Below, piece by piece: positions 17,213-24,000 of a DNA stretch of 24,000 nucleotides. The notes under the pieces are model-generated. The model was not told the origin of the DNA and searched no databases. It saw only the letters and a list, made by a program, of their open reading frames with translations. Source of the stretch: Actinomycetota bacterium. GTDB taxonomy: Bacteria; Actinomycetota; Actinomycetes; Propionibacteriales; Kribbellaceae. The DNA lies in contig JBKPSJ010000269.1 in assembly GCA_046765875.1 (NCBI GenBank), positions 1 through 24,000 of the forward strand. Direction: 5' to 3'. A program made the translations under genes and the position numbers. How positions within the stretch are numbered: the stretch's first letter is position 1; the number at the start of each line of letters is the position of its first letter.

Positions 17213-18250
17213 TCAGATCTTCTCCGAGTAGGCCTCGTCGCCCGCGTGGTACGTCGCGCGGTGCGACTTGTCCGCGGTCAGCGCTTAGGCCTTGCCGTTG
17301 GCCGGCGACTCACCGAAGTACTCGGCGACGGCCGCGTTCGCCTCCGGGCTGATGATGTGGTTCATCCACATGTAGCCGCAGTTCTTGTTCTTCGAGGTGG
17401 CGCTCAGCATCCAGGTGTCGGACCAGCCGGTCACGCCCTCGGTCGGCACCCTGACGTCCACCGGCACCTTCTCGCCGCTCGCGACGTTCGCGATCACCTG
17501 CCAGGTCGTACCGAGCACCGAGTTGCCGCTGGTGAACGCCTGAACCTCCTTGAGGTAGTCCGACCAGTACTCCGAGATCAGCGTCTTCTGCTGTTTGAGC
17601 AGGTCGACCGTGGCCTGGAACTGCTTGTCGTCGAGGGCGTACGGGTTTCTTGATACCCAGGTCCGGCTCGGTCGCCATCAGGTACATCGCGGCGTCGGCG
17701 ATGTAGATCGGCGAGTCGTACGCCGTGACCTTGCCCTTGTACGGCGAGTTCGGGTCGAACACCGTCCCCCAACTGGTCGGCGCCGGCTTCACCTTGTCCG
17801 TACGCCACATCAGCAGGTTCGCGCCGTACCCGTGCGGTACGCCGTACATCTGGCCCTTGACCGAGTTCCACGACCGATTCTTCAGGTACGGGTAGATGTC
17901 GGCGTAGTTCGGGATCAGGTCGGTGTTGATCGGCTCGACCAGGCCACCGGCGATCAGCCGCAGCGATGCGTCGCCGGAGGCCGACACCACGTCGTACTAT
18001 CCGGTCTTCATCAGCCTGACCGCCTCGTCGGAGGTGCCGAACGTCTTGACCGTCACCTGGCAGCCGGTCGCCTTCTCGAACGGCGTCACCCAGTCGACCT
18101 TCGGGTCATTGCTGCCGTCCTCGGCGTACCCGGGCCAGGCCAGCACGCTGACCTTGCGCTCACCGACGCCGAGCTTGTCCATCTTGGGCAGGTCGGGCGC
18201 GGTGAACCCGGTGGTGCCGGCGGCACCCTCGTCGCCCGAACCGGCGGCTC
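17213..18250 (-). pseudogene. PotD/PotF-like polyamine ABC substrate-binding protein, multiply disrupted
   Basis: The homologous reading runs across ORFs 17997..18182, 17310..17990 and 17285..17518. The lesions are:
- no signal peptide or lipobox (the frame is closed by a TGA at about 18257);
- an in-frame TAG at 17997-17999 ('MKTG*YDVVSASGD');
- a frameshift in the AAGAAACCC run at about 17644-17652;
- an in-frame TAA at 17285-17287 ('[24 protein letters not shown]');
- a 3' truncation at about 17213. Confidence 0.75.
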
Positions 18251-18690
18251 GGCGAGCTCAGCCTGGCCCAGCTGCGCGACCTGGGCGACCACTACGGGTG
18301 CGATCGCCGGCACCTCGGCCCGGCTCGCCGCCGAGCGGGCCACGCCGGAGGACATCGAGCGGCTGCGCGGCGTCTGCGACGCGCTCGAGAGCGCCGACGG
18401 CGCCGGGGCCCCGGCGGCGTGCCGACGGCCAGTTCCACATCGAGGTCGCCGCCACGGCGCAGTCCACCCGGCTGTACCGGGCCGAGGTCAGCCTGCAGGC
18501 CGAGGTCGGCACCCTGTTGTGGCTCGCGTTCGGCGACGACGAGAGTCACCGCGGGACGGTTCGCAGTTGCCTGACCGTGGTCGACGCGGTCGCCCGTGCC
18601 GACGGCGAGGCCGCCCGGACCGCCGCCGAGGAGCGGGTCGCGGACTCGACGGCCCGCCTGATCGACCTCAGACTGGCCATGGAGCACTGA
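18248..18690 (+). pseudogene. GntR/FadR-family regulator fragment: FCD effector domain only, frameshifted; wHTH domain deleted
   Basis: FCD-like sequence is split over frames: 'ELSLAQLRDL', then 'AIAGTSARLAAERATPEDIERLRGVCDALESA', then (shift at about 18410-18425) 'ADGQFHIEVAATAQSTRLYRAEVSLQAEVG...RLIDLRLAMEH*'. There is no N-terminal DNA-binding domain, and the fragment abuts the truncated binding-protein gene. Confidence 0.65.
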
Positions 18691-19424
18691 TGGTGACCAC
18701 GGCTATTGGCGGCGCTGGCTCAGCGCACAGCCAGATCCTCGACCGGGCCGGCGAGTTGATCGCCGAGGCGTTCGGCCTGGCCGAGCGAATCGCCGCGATC
18801 GTCACCGAGGCCTTCGCCACCCATGACGCGGTACGCCGTGCCGACCTGCCCGGGGTCGGCTCGCTGGTGATGCCGGTACTCAAGGACCGGCACTGCCGCC
18901 TGCAGGGCGCGGGCTTCGTCGCCGCGGTCGATGCGCTGGCCGACTCACGCTGGTGGCTGGAATGGTTCATGCGCGCCTCCAGCGGGGCACCGGAGCGGCT
19001 GCTGGTCGACACGGACCCGCGTGGCGAGAACTTCTACGACTACGTGGCGATGCCGTGGTACGACGTACCGCGCGACACCGGCCGTCGGCACATCACCGGC
19101 CCGTACGTCGACTACCTCTGCACCGACGACTACACACTGACCTTCACCATTCCGGTCACCGACGACGGCCGGTTCGTCGGCGTGGCCGGCGCCGACGTCC
19201 GGGTGCTGACCTTCGAGCAGGCGGTGATGCCGTCGCTGCGGTCCGGCCCGAAGGGAACCGCCATGGTCAACGCCCAGGGCCGGGTGGTGCTGAGCAACAG
19301 CGCCCGCCACGTCAGCGGCACCCTGATCCGCGACCCGGATGTGGCCGGCCTGTGGGCCACCGGCGACCCGCGGCTGCACCGGATCGACGACCTCCCGCTC
19401 GCCCTGGTCGATCTCGCCCTGTGA
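18690..19424 (+). CDS. Stand-alone cytoplasmic Cache/PDC-like sensor-domain protein
   Basis: ATG 18690 overlaps the GntR-fragment stop (TGATG). 244 aa with no TM segment or signal peptide. Cache-like core 'ENFYDYVAMPWYDVPRDTGRRHITGPYVDYLCTDDYTLTFTIPVTDDGRFVGVAGADVRVLTFEQ'. Confidence 0.65.
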   Translation: MVTTAIGGAGSAHSQILDRAGELIAEAFGLAERIAAIVTEAFATHDAVRRADLPGVGSLVMPVLKDRHCRLQGAGFVAAVDALADSRWWLEWFMRASSGAPERLLVDTDPRGENFYDYVAMPWYDVPRDTGRRHITGPYVDYLCTDDYTLTFTIPVTDDGRFVGVAGADVRVLTFEQAVMPSLRSGPKGTAMVNAQGRVVLSNSARHVSGTLIRDPDVAGLWATGDPRLHRIDDLPLALVDLAL

Positions 19425-19443
19425 GTAACCTCTTGCGATTTAC

Positions 19444-19477
19444 TTAGTCGGCTACTAATTTTTGCTTAGCCGACTAA
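19444..19477. promoter_or_regulatory. AT-rich palindromic site upstream of the LLM oxidoreductase (putative GntR-type operator and/or terminator of the Cache gene)
   Basis: TTAGTCGGCTA (19444-19454) and TAGCCGACTAA (19467-19477) form an 11-bp inverted repeat around CTAATTTTTGCT. Each arm is itself palindromic of the T.GT...AC.A kind (TTAGT-cggct-ACTAA; TTAG-ccga-CTAA). The region is about 40% GC over 19431-19490. SD GAGGAG lies at 19484-19489. Confidence 0.45.
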
Positions 19478-19493
19478 AGATAGAGGAGACCTG

Positions 19494-20411
19494 ATGAAGG
19501 TCGGACTGAGCATCGCCCGGTTCAACTGGCCCGGGCAGCCGGACAGCTTCGGACCGGGGCTGACCGAGATCGCCACCAACGCCGACCAGGGCGGCGTCCA
19601 CAGCATCTGGGCGATGGACCACTTCTGGCAGATCGGGTTCAACGGACCGCCGGAGGACCCGCTCCTGGAGAGCTACACCCTGCTGCCCTACCTGGCCGGT
19701 ATCACCCGGCACGTCCAGCTCGGCGCGCTGGTCACCGGTGTCAGCTACCGGCACCCCGGCGTGCTGGTCAAGGCGCTGACAAGTCTCGATGTCCTGTCCG
19801 GCGGCCGTGCCTGGCTCGGCATCGGCGCCGCCTGGAACGCTGCCGAGGCTGCTGGGCTCGGCATCCCGTTCCCGCCGCTGGCCACCCGGTACCGCCAGCT
19901 CGAGGAGACGCTGCAGATCGCCGAGCGGATGTGGTCCGGCGACGAGAGCCCGTTCCACGGTAGGGAGTACCGGCTCGAGCGACCGCTGAACTCGCCGGGC
20001 GCGATCCGGGAACCGCACCCGCCGATCCTGATCGGTGGCGGCGGCGAACGCCGTACCCTCCGGCTCGTCGCGCAGTACGCCGACGCGTGCAACCTGTTCG
20101 ATCAGGGCGACCCGGCGCCGCTCGAGCACAAGCTGGCCGTGTTGCGCCGGCACTGCGACGAGGTCGGCCGCGACTACGACGAGATCGCCAAGACCACCGC
20201 GGGCTTCCTGCCCGCGGGCGGCCCGGGAGCGGTGGCCGAGCACTTCGGGCGGCTGGCCGACCTCGGCATCGACCTGGCCGTCGTCGAACTGCCCGGCACG
20301 GACGCGTCCGCCGTCGAGCCGGTCGCGGCGGCGGCTCGTGAGGTGGCCGGATACGGACGGCCGACCCCAGCGGTGCTGGAACCGGCCGCCACAGGGCTGC
20401 TTCGGCGCTAG
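19494..20411 (+). CDS. LLM-class F420-dependent (luciferase-like) oxidoreductase
   Basis: 'MKVGLSI..F.WPG', 'IWAMDHFWQI', 'LESYTLLPYLAGITRHVQLGALVTGVSYRHPGVLVK...DVLSGGRAWLGIGAAW', 'PPILIGGGGERRTLRLVAQYADACNLF'. Confidence 0.85.
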   Translation: MKVGLSIARFNWPGQPDSFGPGLTEIATNADQGGVHSIWAMDHFWQIGFNGPPEDPLLESYTLLPYLAGITRHVQLGALVTGVSYRHPGVLVKALTSLDVLSGGRAWLGIGAAWNAAEAAGLGIPFPPLATRYRQLEETLQIAERMWSGDESPFHGREYRLERPLNSPGAIREPHPPILIGGGGERRTLRLVAQYADACNLFDQGDPAPLEHKLAVLRRHCDEVGRDYDEIAKTTAGFLPAGGPGAVAEHFGRLADLGIDLAVVELPGTDASAVEPVAAAAREVAGYGRPTPAVLEPAATGLLRR

Positions 20412-20434
20412 CTTGCTTAGGTCGGTTTCAAGAA

Positions 20435-20459
20435 GTGGCTGGCATGGACCGCTGGCCAC
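20435..20459 (+). terminator. Small hairpin after the LLM stop
   Basis: GTGGCTGGC-ATGGACC-GCTGGCCAC: a 9-bp stem including two G-U pairs, with no U-tract. Confidence 0.3.
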
Positions 20460-20472
20460 GCCCACGAGCTAA

Positions 20473-20538
20473 GTGTTGTGGGTTCGCGCGTCTTGTTGTG
20501 GGTTCCTGCGAAGCACGCAGCGCCCCAACCCACAACAA
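20473..20538 (+). repeat. Repeat triplet A: two direct copies plus one inverted copy of TGTTGTGGGTT
   Basis: TGTTGTGGGTT occurs at 20474-20484 and 20494-20504. AACCCACAACAA at 20527-20538 pairs perfectly (12 bp) with 20493-20504. A nested hairpin CTGCG-AAGCA-CGCAG sits at 20506-20520. Confidence 0.8.
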
Positions 20539-20636
20539 TGTGCGGGAGCCCTCAATCCCGCGCCCGCCCGGACGCGTGCAGTCAGGCTGCTGAGCAGACA
20601 CGCCCAACGAACCGCAACGGCCCCCTGCCACCGGCG

Positions 20637-20733
20637 TCATCGGACGCGTCTGGTCAAGGGAACGTGACCAGACGCGTCCGATGAGCGACAAGGGGGGCGC
20701 GGCGGTCTCGGGGTGACCAGACGCGTCCGATGA
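20637..20733 (-). repeat. Repeat triplet B: 20-nt unit TCATCGGACGCGTCTGGTCA, one copy plus two inverted copies (direct-direct-inverted when read on the minus strand)
   Basis: Positions 20637-20656 and 20665-20684 form a perfect 20-bp hairpin with the 8-nt loop AGGGAACG. An identical third copy, TGACCAGACGCGTCCGATGA, lies at 20714-20733. A degenerate fourth copy, CGGACGCGTGCAGTCA, lies at 20569-20584. Confidence 0.85.
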
Positions 20734-20747
20734 ACGGGCGGGATGGG

Positions 20748-21173
20748 TTAGCTTTCGACCTGCTTCTTCAGGCCGTCGAGCATCTGCTGCCACATGCCGG
20801 AGGAGTGCTCGGCCTCCTGCTCGCTGCCCGCGTTGTCCTGGGTGAGTGCGACGTGCGTGTGCCCGTCGTGCTCGTCCAGGTCATACGTCACCGTGTGGTA
20901 GTTCTCCGGTACGTCGTCCTGCCCGGTGAGCGGGCTGAAGTGGGTGACCCTGAGCCGGCGGCCCGGCTCGACCTCCAGCACCTCACCCTTGTCCTCGTAC
21001 GACTTGCCCTCGTACTCGCCCTTCCACCGGATCGGGCCGCCCGGCGTCCAGTCGGTCTCGACCTGGGAGCCGAACATGTACTCCTTGATCTGGTCCGGAT
21101 CGGTCATCGCCGCCCACACCCGGTCGGCGGACGCGTTGATCTCGGTTTGTGCCTTGGCCGTGTAACCGGTCAT
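20748..21173 (-). CDS. SRPBCC-superfamily protein (Aha1/AHSA1-like domain)
   Basis: 141 aa. 'INASADRVWAAMTDPDQIKEYMFGSQVETDWTPGGPIRWKGEYEGKSYEDKGEVLEVEP..L'. A strong SD (TAAGGAGGA) lies upstream of ATG 21173. Confidence 0.8.
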   Translation of the reverse strand: MTGYTAKAQTEINASADRVWAAMTDPDQIKEYMFGSQVETDWTPGGPIRWKGEYEGKSYEDKGEVLEVEPGRRLRVTHFSPLTGQDDVPENYHTVTYDLDEHDGHTHVALTQDNAGSEQEAEHSSGMWQQMLDGLKKQVES

Positions 21174-21238
21174 CGTTCCGTCCTCCTTATGTCCAGGACG
21201 CTAGTAGCAGTGCCCGGTGGGGAGCTTGGAGAAACGCG

Positions 21239-23008
21239 TCAAAAGGTCCGCTCGAGCCGTGCCAGTTCCTCGTCGACGATGCCCGGGTCGAGTTTCGCGA
21301 AGATCGGTGTCGGGGGTTCGACCCGGGTACCGGGGGTGACCGGTTCGGAGCGCCAGGCCGGCTGGTCGTCGTACCGGCCGGTGATGATCGGGTACGGCGT
21401 ACCACCGTCGAGGTCGTCCACCTCGCGGATCACGGGTTCGGGCAGGAACAAGCTGCTGCCACCGAGTGCGTTGTGGACCTTCGCGGCCGAGTGCGGCAGG
21501 AACGGCGCCAGCAGGCGGTTGCAGTCGGCAACGACCTGGGCGGCGACGTGCAGCACCGTCGCCATCCGGTCCGGGTCGGTGTTCTTCAGCTTCCACGGCT
21601 CCTGCTTGGACAGGTACTGGTTCGCCTCGGCAGCGATGCGCATCGCGTCGCTGATCGCCTGCCTCACCCGGTGCCGTCGGAGCAGCCCGCCCACGGTTTC
21701 GAACGCCCGGTTCGATGCCGACAGCAACGTCTGGTCGGTCTCGGTCAACGAACCCGCTTCAGGGATCGCGCCGAGGTTCCGCGCGATCAGCGACGCTGTC
21801 CGGTTGACCAGGTTGCCCCAGGTGCTGACCAGTTCGTCGTTGTTGCGCCGGACGAACTCGGCCCAGGTGAAGTCCGTGTCCTGCGACTCCGGCCCGGCGA
21901 CCGAGATGAAATACCGCAGCGCGTCCGGCCCGTACCGTTCCAGGACGTCGCGGACGTAGATCACGACGGACCTCGACGACGAGAACTTCCGCCCCTCCAT
22001 CGTCAGGTACTCGCTGCTGACCACCTCCGTCGGCAGGTTCAGCCGCCCGTAGTCACCCGGCGGAGTGTTGTACGCGATCAGCTCGGCCGGCCAGATCTGG
22101 GCGTGGAAGGTGATGTTGTCCTTGCCCATGAAGTAGTACGACAGCGCGTCCGGGTCGTTCCACCACGCCCTCCACGCGTCGTCGTCACCGGTACGCCGGG
22201 CCCACTCGATCGAGGCGGACAGATAGCCGATGACCGCGTCGAACCAGACGTACAACCGCTTGTTCGGGTTGTCCTGCCAGACCGGCAGCGGTACCGGGAT
22301 ACCCCAGTCGATGTCCCGCGTCATCGCCCGGGGGCGCAGGTCGTCGAGCAGGTTCAGCGAGAACTTGAGGACGTTCGGACGCCAGTCCGTCCGGGCCCGC
22401 ATCCACTTCCCGAGCGGCTCGGCCAGTGCAGGCAGATCGAGGAAGAAGTGCTCGGTCTCGACGAACTGCGGCTTCTCGCCGTTGATCCGGCTCCTCGGAT
22501 TGCCGAGCTCGATCGCGTCCAACTGGTTGCCGCAGTTGTCGCACTGGTCGCCGCGGGCTCCGTCGTACCCGCAGATCGGGCAGGTGCCCTCGATATAGCG
22601 GTCCGGCAGGGTACGCCCGGTCGACGGCGAGATCGCGCCCATCGTGGTCTGCGCGACCATGTACCCGTTGCGGAAGACCGTGCGGAACAACTCCTGTGCG
22701 ACGGCGTAGTGGTTGCGTGTCGTGGTCCGCGTGAACAGGTCGTACGACAGGCCGAGCCGGTGCAGATCCTCGACGATGACGCGGTTGTACCGGTCGGCCA
22801 GCTCCTTCGGGCTGACGCCCTCGGCCTCGGCCTGGACGAGGATCGGCGTGCCGTGTTCGTCGGTGCCGGACACCATCAGCACATCGTGCCCGGCCATCCG
22901 CATGTACCGGGCGAACACGTCCGACGGCACCCCGAACCCCGACACGTGCCCGATGTGCCGCAGCCCGTTCGCATACGGCCAGGCCACACCGGCGAGCACG
23001 TGCGTCAT
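21239..23008 (-). CDS. metG: Methionine--tRNA ligase, long zinc-knuckle subtype (second copy in tandem)
   Basis: 589 aa. HIGH motif '[12 protein letters not shown]', zinc knuckle '[18 protein letters not shown]', KMSKS-equivalent 'GRKFSSSRS', anticodon-binding helices, and a C-terminal extension. ATG 23006-23008 directly follows the upstream copy's TAG. Confidence 0.9.
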   Translation of the reverse strand: MTHVLAGVAWPYANGLRHIGHVSGFGVPSDVFARYMRMAGHDVLMVSGTDEHGTPILVQAEAEGVSPKELADRYNRVIVEDLHRLGLSYDLFTRTTTRNHYAVAQELFRTVFRNGYMVAQTTMGAISPSTGRTLPDRYIEGTCPICGYDGARGDQCDNCGNQLDAIELGNPRSRINGEKPQFVETEHFFLDLPALAEPLGKWMRARTDWRPNVLKFSLNLLDDLRPRAMTRDIDWGIPVPLPVWQDNPNKRLYVWFDAVIGYLSASIEWARRTGDDDAWRAWWNDPDALSYYFMGKDNITFHAQIWPAELIAYNTPPGDYGRLNLPTEVVSSEYLTMEGRKFSSSRSVVIYVRDVLERYGPDALRYFISVAGPESQDTDFTWAEFVRRNNDELVSTWGNLVNRTASLIARNLGAIPEAGSLTETDQTLLSASNRAFETVGGLLRRHRVRQAISDAMRIAAEANQYLSKQEPWKLKNTDPDRMATVLHVAAQVVADCNRLLAPFLPHSAAKVHNALGGSSLFLPEPVIREVDDLDGGTPYPIITGRYDDQPAWRSEPVTPGTRVEPPTPIFAKLDPGIVDEELARLERTF

Positions 23009-24000
23009 CTAGGTCTCGCTGATCCGCGGGAACAGCGCCTCGCCCTTGACCAGATCGGCGCCTGGCGGGAGCTGACCCCAACCGCCGGCGTCCTGGACAT
23101 GCTGGTCCGCCAGCGCACCGAGCTTGTCCTCGGCACCCAGCAGCGTCCACAGCTTCGCCGCGGTCTTCGGCATGGTCGGGTTGTGCAGCACTGCCACCGC
23201 GCGCAGGACCTCCGCGGCGGTGTAGAGGATCGTACCCAGCCGAGCGCGCCGCGACTCGTCCTTGGCTACCTGCCACGGCTCCTGGTCCGAGACGTACCCG
23301 TTCCCCGCACCGACCAGGTCGTTGATCGCGGCCAGCGCGTCGTGGAACGCGAGCGTGTCGATGGCCTTGTCGGCGGTCGCCACGGTCTTGGCGAGCCGGT
23401 CCGCGATCGCCTGCTCGGCCGGGCCGAAGTCGGTTGCCTCCGGCAACTTGCCGTCGAAGTACCGGCCGACCATCGCCGCGATCCGGCTGGCCAGGTTGCC
23501 GAGTCCGTTGGCCAGCTCGGAGGTGTACACCGCGCTGAGGTGCTCCCACGAGAACGAACCGTCGGACCCGAACGCGATCGTGCGCAGGAAGTAATACCGG
23601 AATGCGTCCGAGCCGAACGTGTCGGTGATGTCCTTCGGGGCGATGGCGGTCAGCTTCGACTTGCTCATCTTCTCGCCGCCGACCAGCAGCCAGCCGTGCG
23701 CGAACACCTGACGCGGTACGTCGACCCCGGCGGCCATCAACATTGCCGGCCAGATCACCGCGTGGAACCGCAGGATGTCCTTGCCGACCAGGTGTACGTC
23801 GACCGGCCACAACTCGGCGAACCGCTCCGGGTCGGTCCCGTACCCGGCCGCCGTGACGTAGTTGAGCAGCGCGTCGATCCAGACGTACAGGACGTGCTTG
23901 TCGTCCCACGGAACCCGGATGCCCCAGTCGAACGTCGACCGGGTGATCGACAGGTCCTGCAGGCCCTGTTCGACGAACGCGACCACCTCGTTGCGTGCGC
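23009..24000 (-). CDS. metG: Methionine--tRNA ligase, short subtype (C-terminal ~330 aa; N-terminus lies beyond the window end)
   Basis: 'RNEVVAFVEQGLQDLSITRSTFDWGIRVP', 'YVWIDALLNY', 'HLVGKDILRFHAVIWPAMLMA', 'GGEKMSKSKL', 'FGSDAFRYYFLR', and an anticodon domain ending '...FPRISET*'. The frame is open to position 24000. Confidence 0.9.
   Translation of the reverse strand, partial: ARNEVVAFVEQGLQDLSITRSTFDWGIRVPWDDKHVLYVWIDALLNYVTAAGYGTDPERFAELWPVDVHLVGKDILRFHAVIWPAMLMAAGVDVPRQVFAHGWLLVGGEKMSKSKLTAIAPKDITDTFGSDAFRYYFLRTIAFGSDGSFSWEHLSAVYTSELANGLGNLASRIAAMVGRYFDGKLPEATDFGPAEQAIADRLAKTVATADKAIDTLAFHDALAAINDLVGAGNGYVSDQEPWQVAKDESRRARLGTILYTAAEVLRAVAVLHNPTMPKTAAKLWTLLGAEDKLGALADQHVQDAGGWGQLPPGADLVKGEALFPRISET

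Noticed and set aside
17595-18689. The 609-aa ORF 17595..19424(+) as a single large protein.
   Set aside because: Only the last 244 codons (from ATG 18690) look protein-like, with a Cache-like core. The upstream part runs antisense through the binding-protein pseudogene and through one frame of the GntR fragment.
20637-20733. Possible CRISPR array, given repeated 20-nt units with spacers.
   Set aside because: There are only three full copies, one of them inverted, with spacings of 8 nt and 29 nt. No cas genes are present. The structure is a hairpin/repeat cluster, not a CRISPR array.
20428-20793. Small ORFs across the repeat-rich intergenic region: 20428..20793(-), 20473..20667(+) and 20478..20684(+).
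   Set aside because: They have no SD or start context and their composition is driven by the repeats. They overlap each other in several frames and overlap the SRPBCC 3' end.
20748-24000. A biosynthetic gene cluster or antibiotic-resistance context that would explain the second MetRS copy.
   Set aside because: Nothing in the window resembles PKS, NRPS, RiPP or tailoring genes, and the neighbours are SRPBCC and LLM genes only. The resistance idea is therefore kept as one hypothesis, not as a call.

Overview
High-GC (roughly 70%) actinobacterial chromosomal window, densely coding on both strands. All homology statements below come from motif recognition by eye, not from searches.

Backbone: a housekeeping block on the minus strand, metG ... 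tatD ... rpfB-rsmA(ksgA)-ispE-ABC-F ATPase. The tatD-rpfB-ksgA-ispE order is the one I recall from Mycobacterium tuberculosis Rv1008-Rv1011. Accessory insertions interrupt this block.

Left third:
- a secreted CE4 polysaccharide deacetylase;
- a tRNA-Gln(UUG) locus whose 3' half plus terminator hairpin is duplicated about 1.3 kb away, so the two copies bracket a quinone-oxidoreductase-like gene;
- a membrane fatty-acid desaturase/TetR pair behind a perfect palindromic operator;
- a HisKA_3 histidine kinase/NarL regulator pair followed by a decayed ABC exporter (the ATPase has no in-frame start, and the FtsX-type permease has collapsed to a 50-codon N-/C-terminal fusion);
- a divergent tam/MarR pair.

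Right third:
- a cluster of gene remnants: a PotC-like permease fragment, a PotD-like binding protein with two nonsense codons and a frameshift, and a GntR/FCD regulator fragment. The last two appear truncated head-to-head by a single deletion;
- an intact stand-alone Cache-like protein;
- an F420-type LLM oxidoreductase behind an AT-rich palindromic site;
- a 336-nt convergent intergenic region packed with direct-direct-inverted repeat triplets;
- an SRPBCC protein;
- two different methionyl-tRNA synthetase genes in tandem with abutting stop and start codons.

I found no CRISPR array, integrase, transposase, toxin-antitoxin pair or recognisable phage-defence genes. The most unusual items are the tandem MetRS pair, the repeat-triplet intergenic region and the tRNA-Gln-bracketed cassette.
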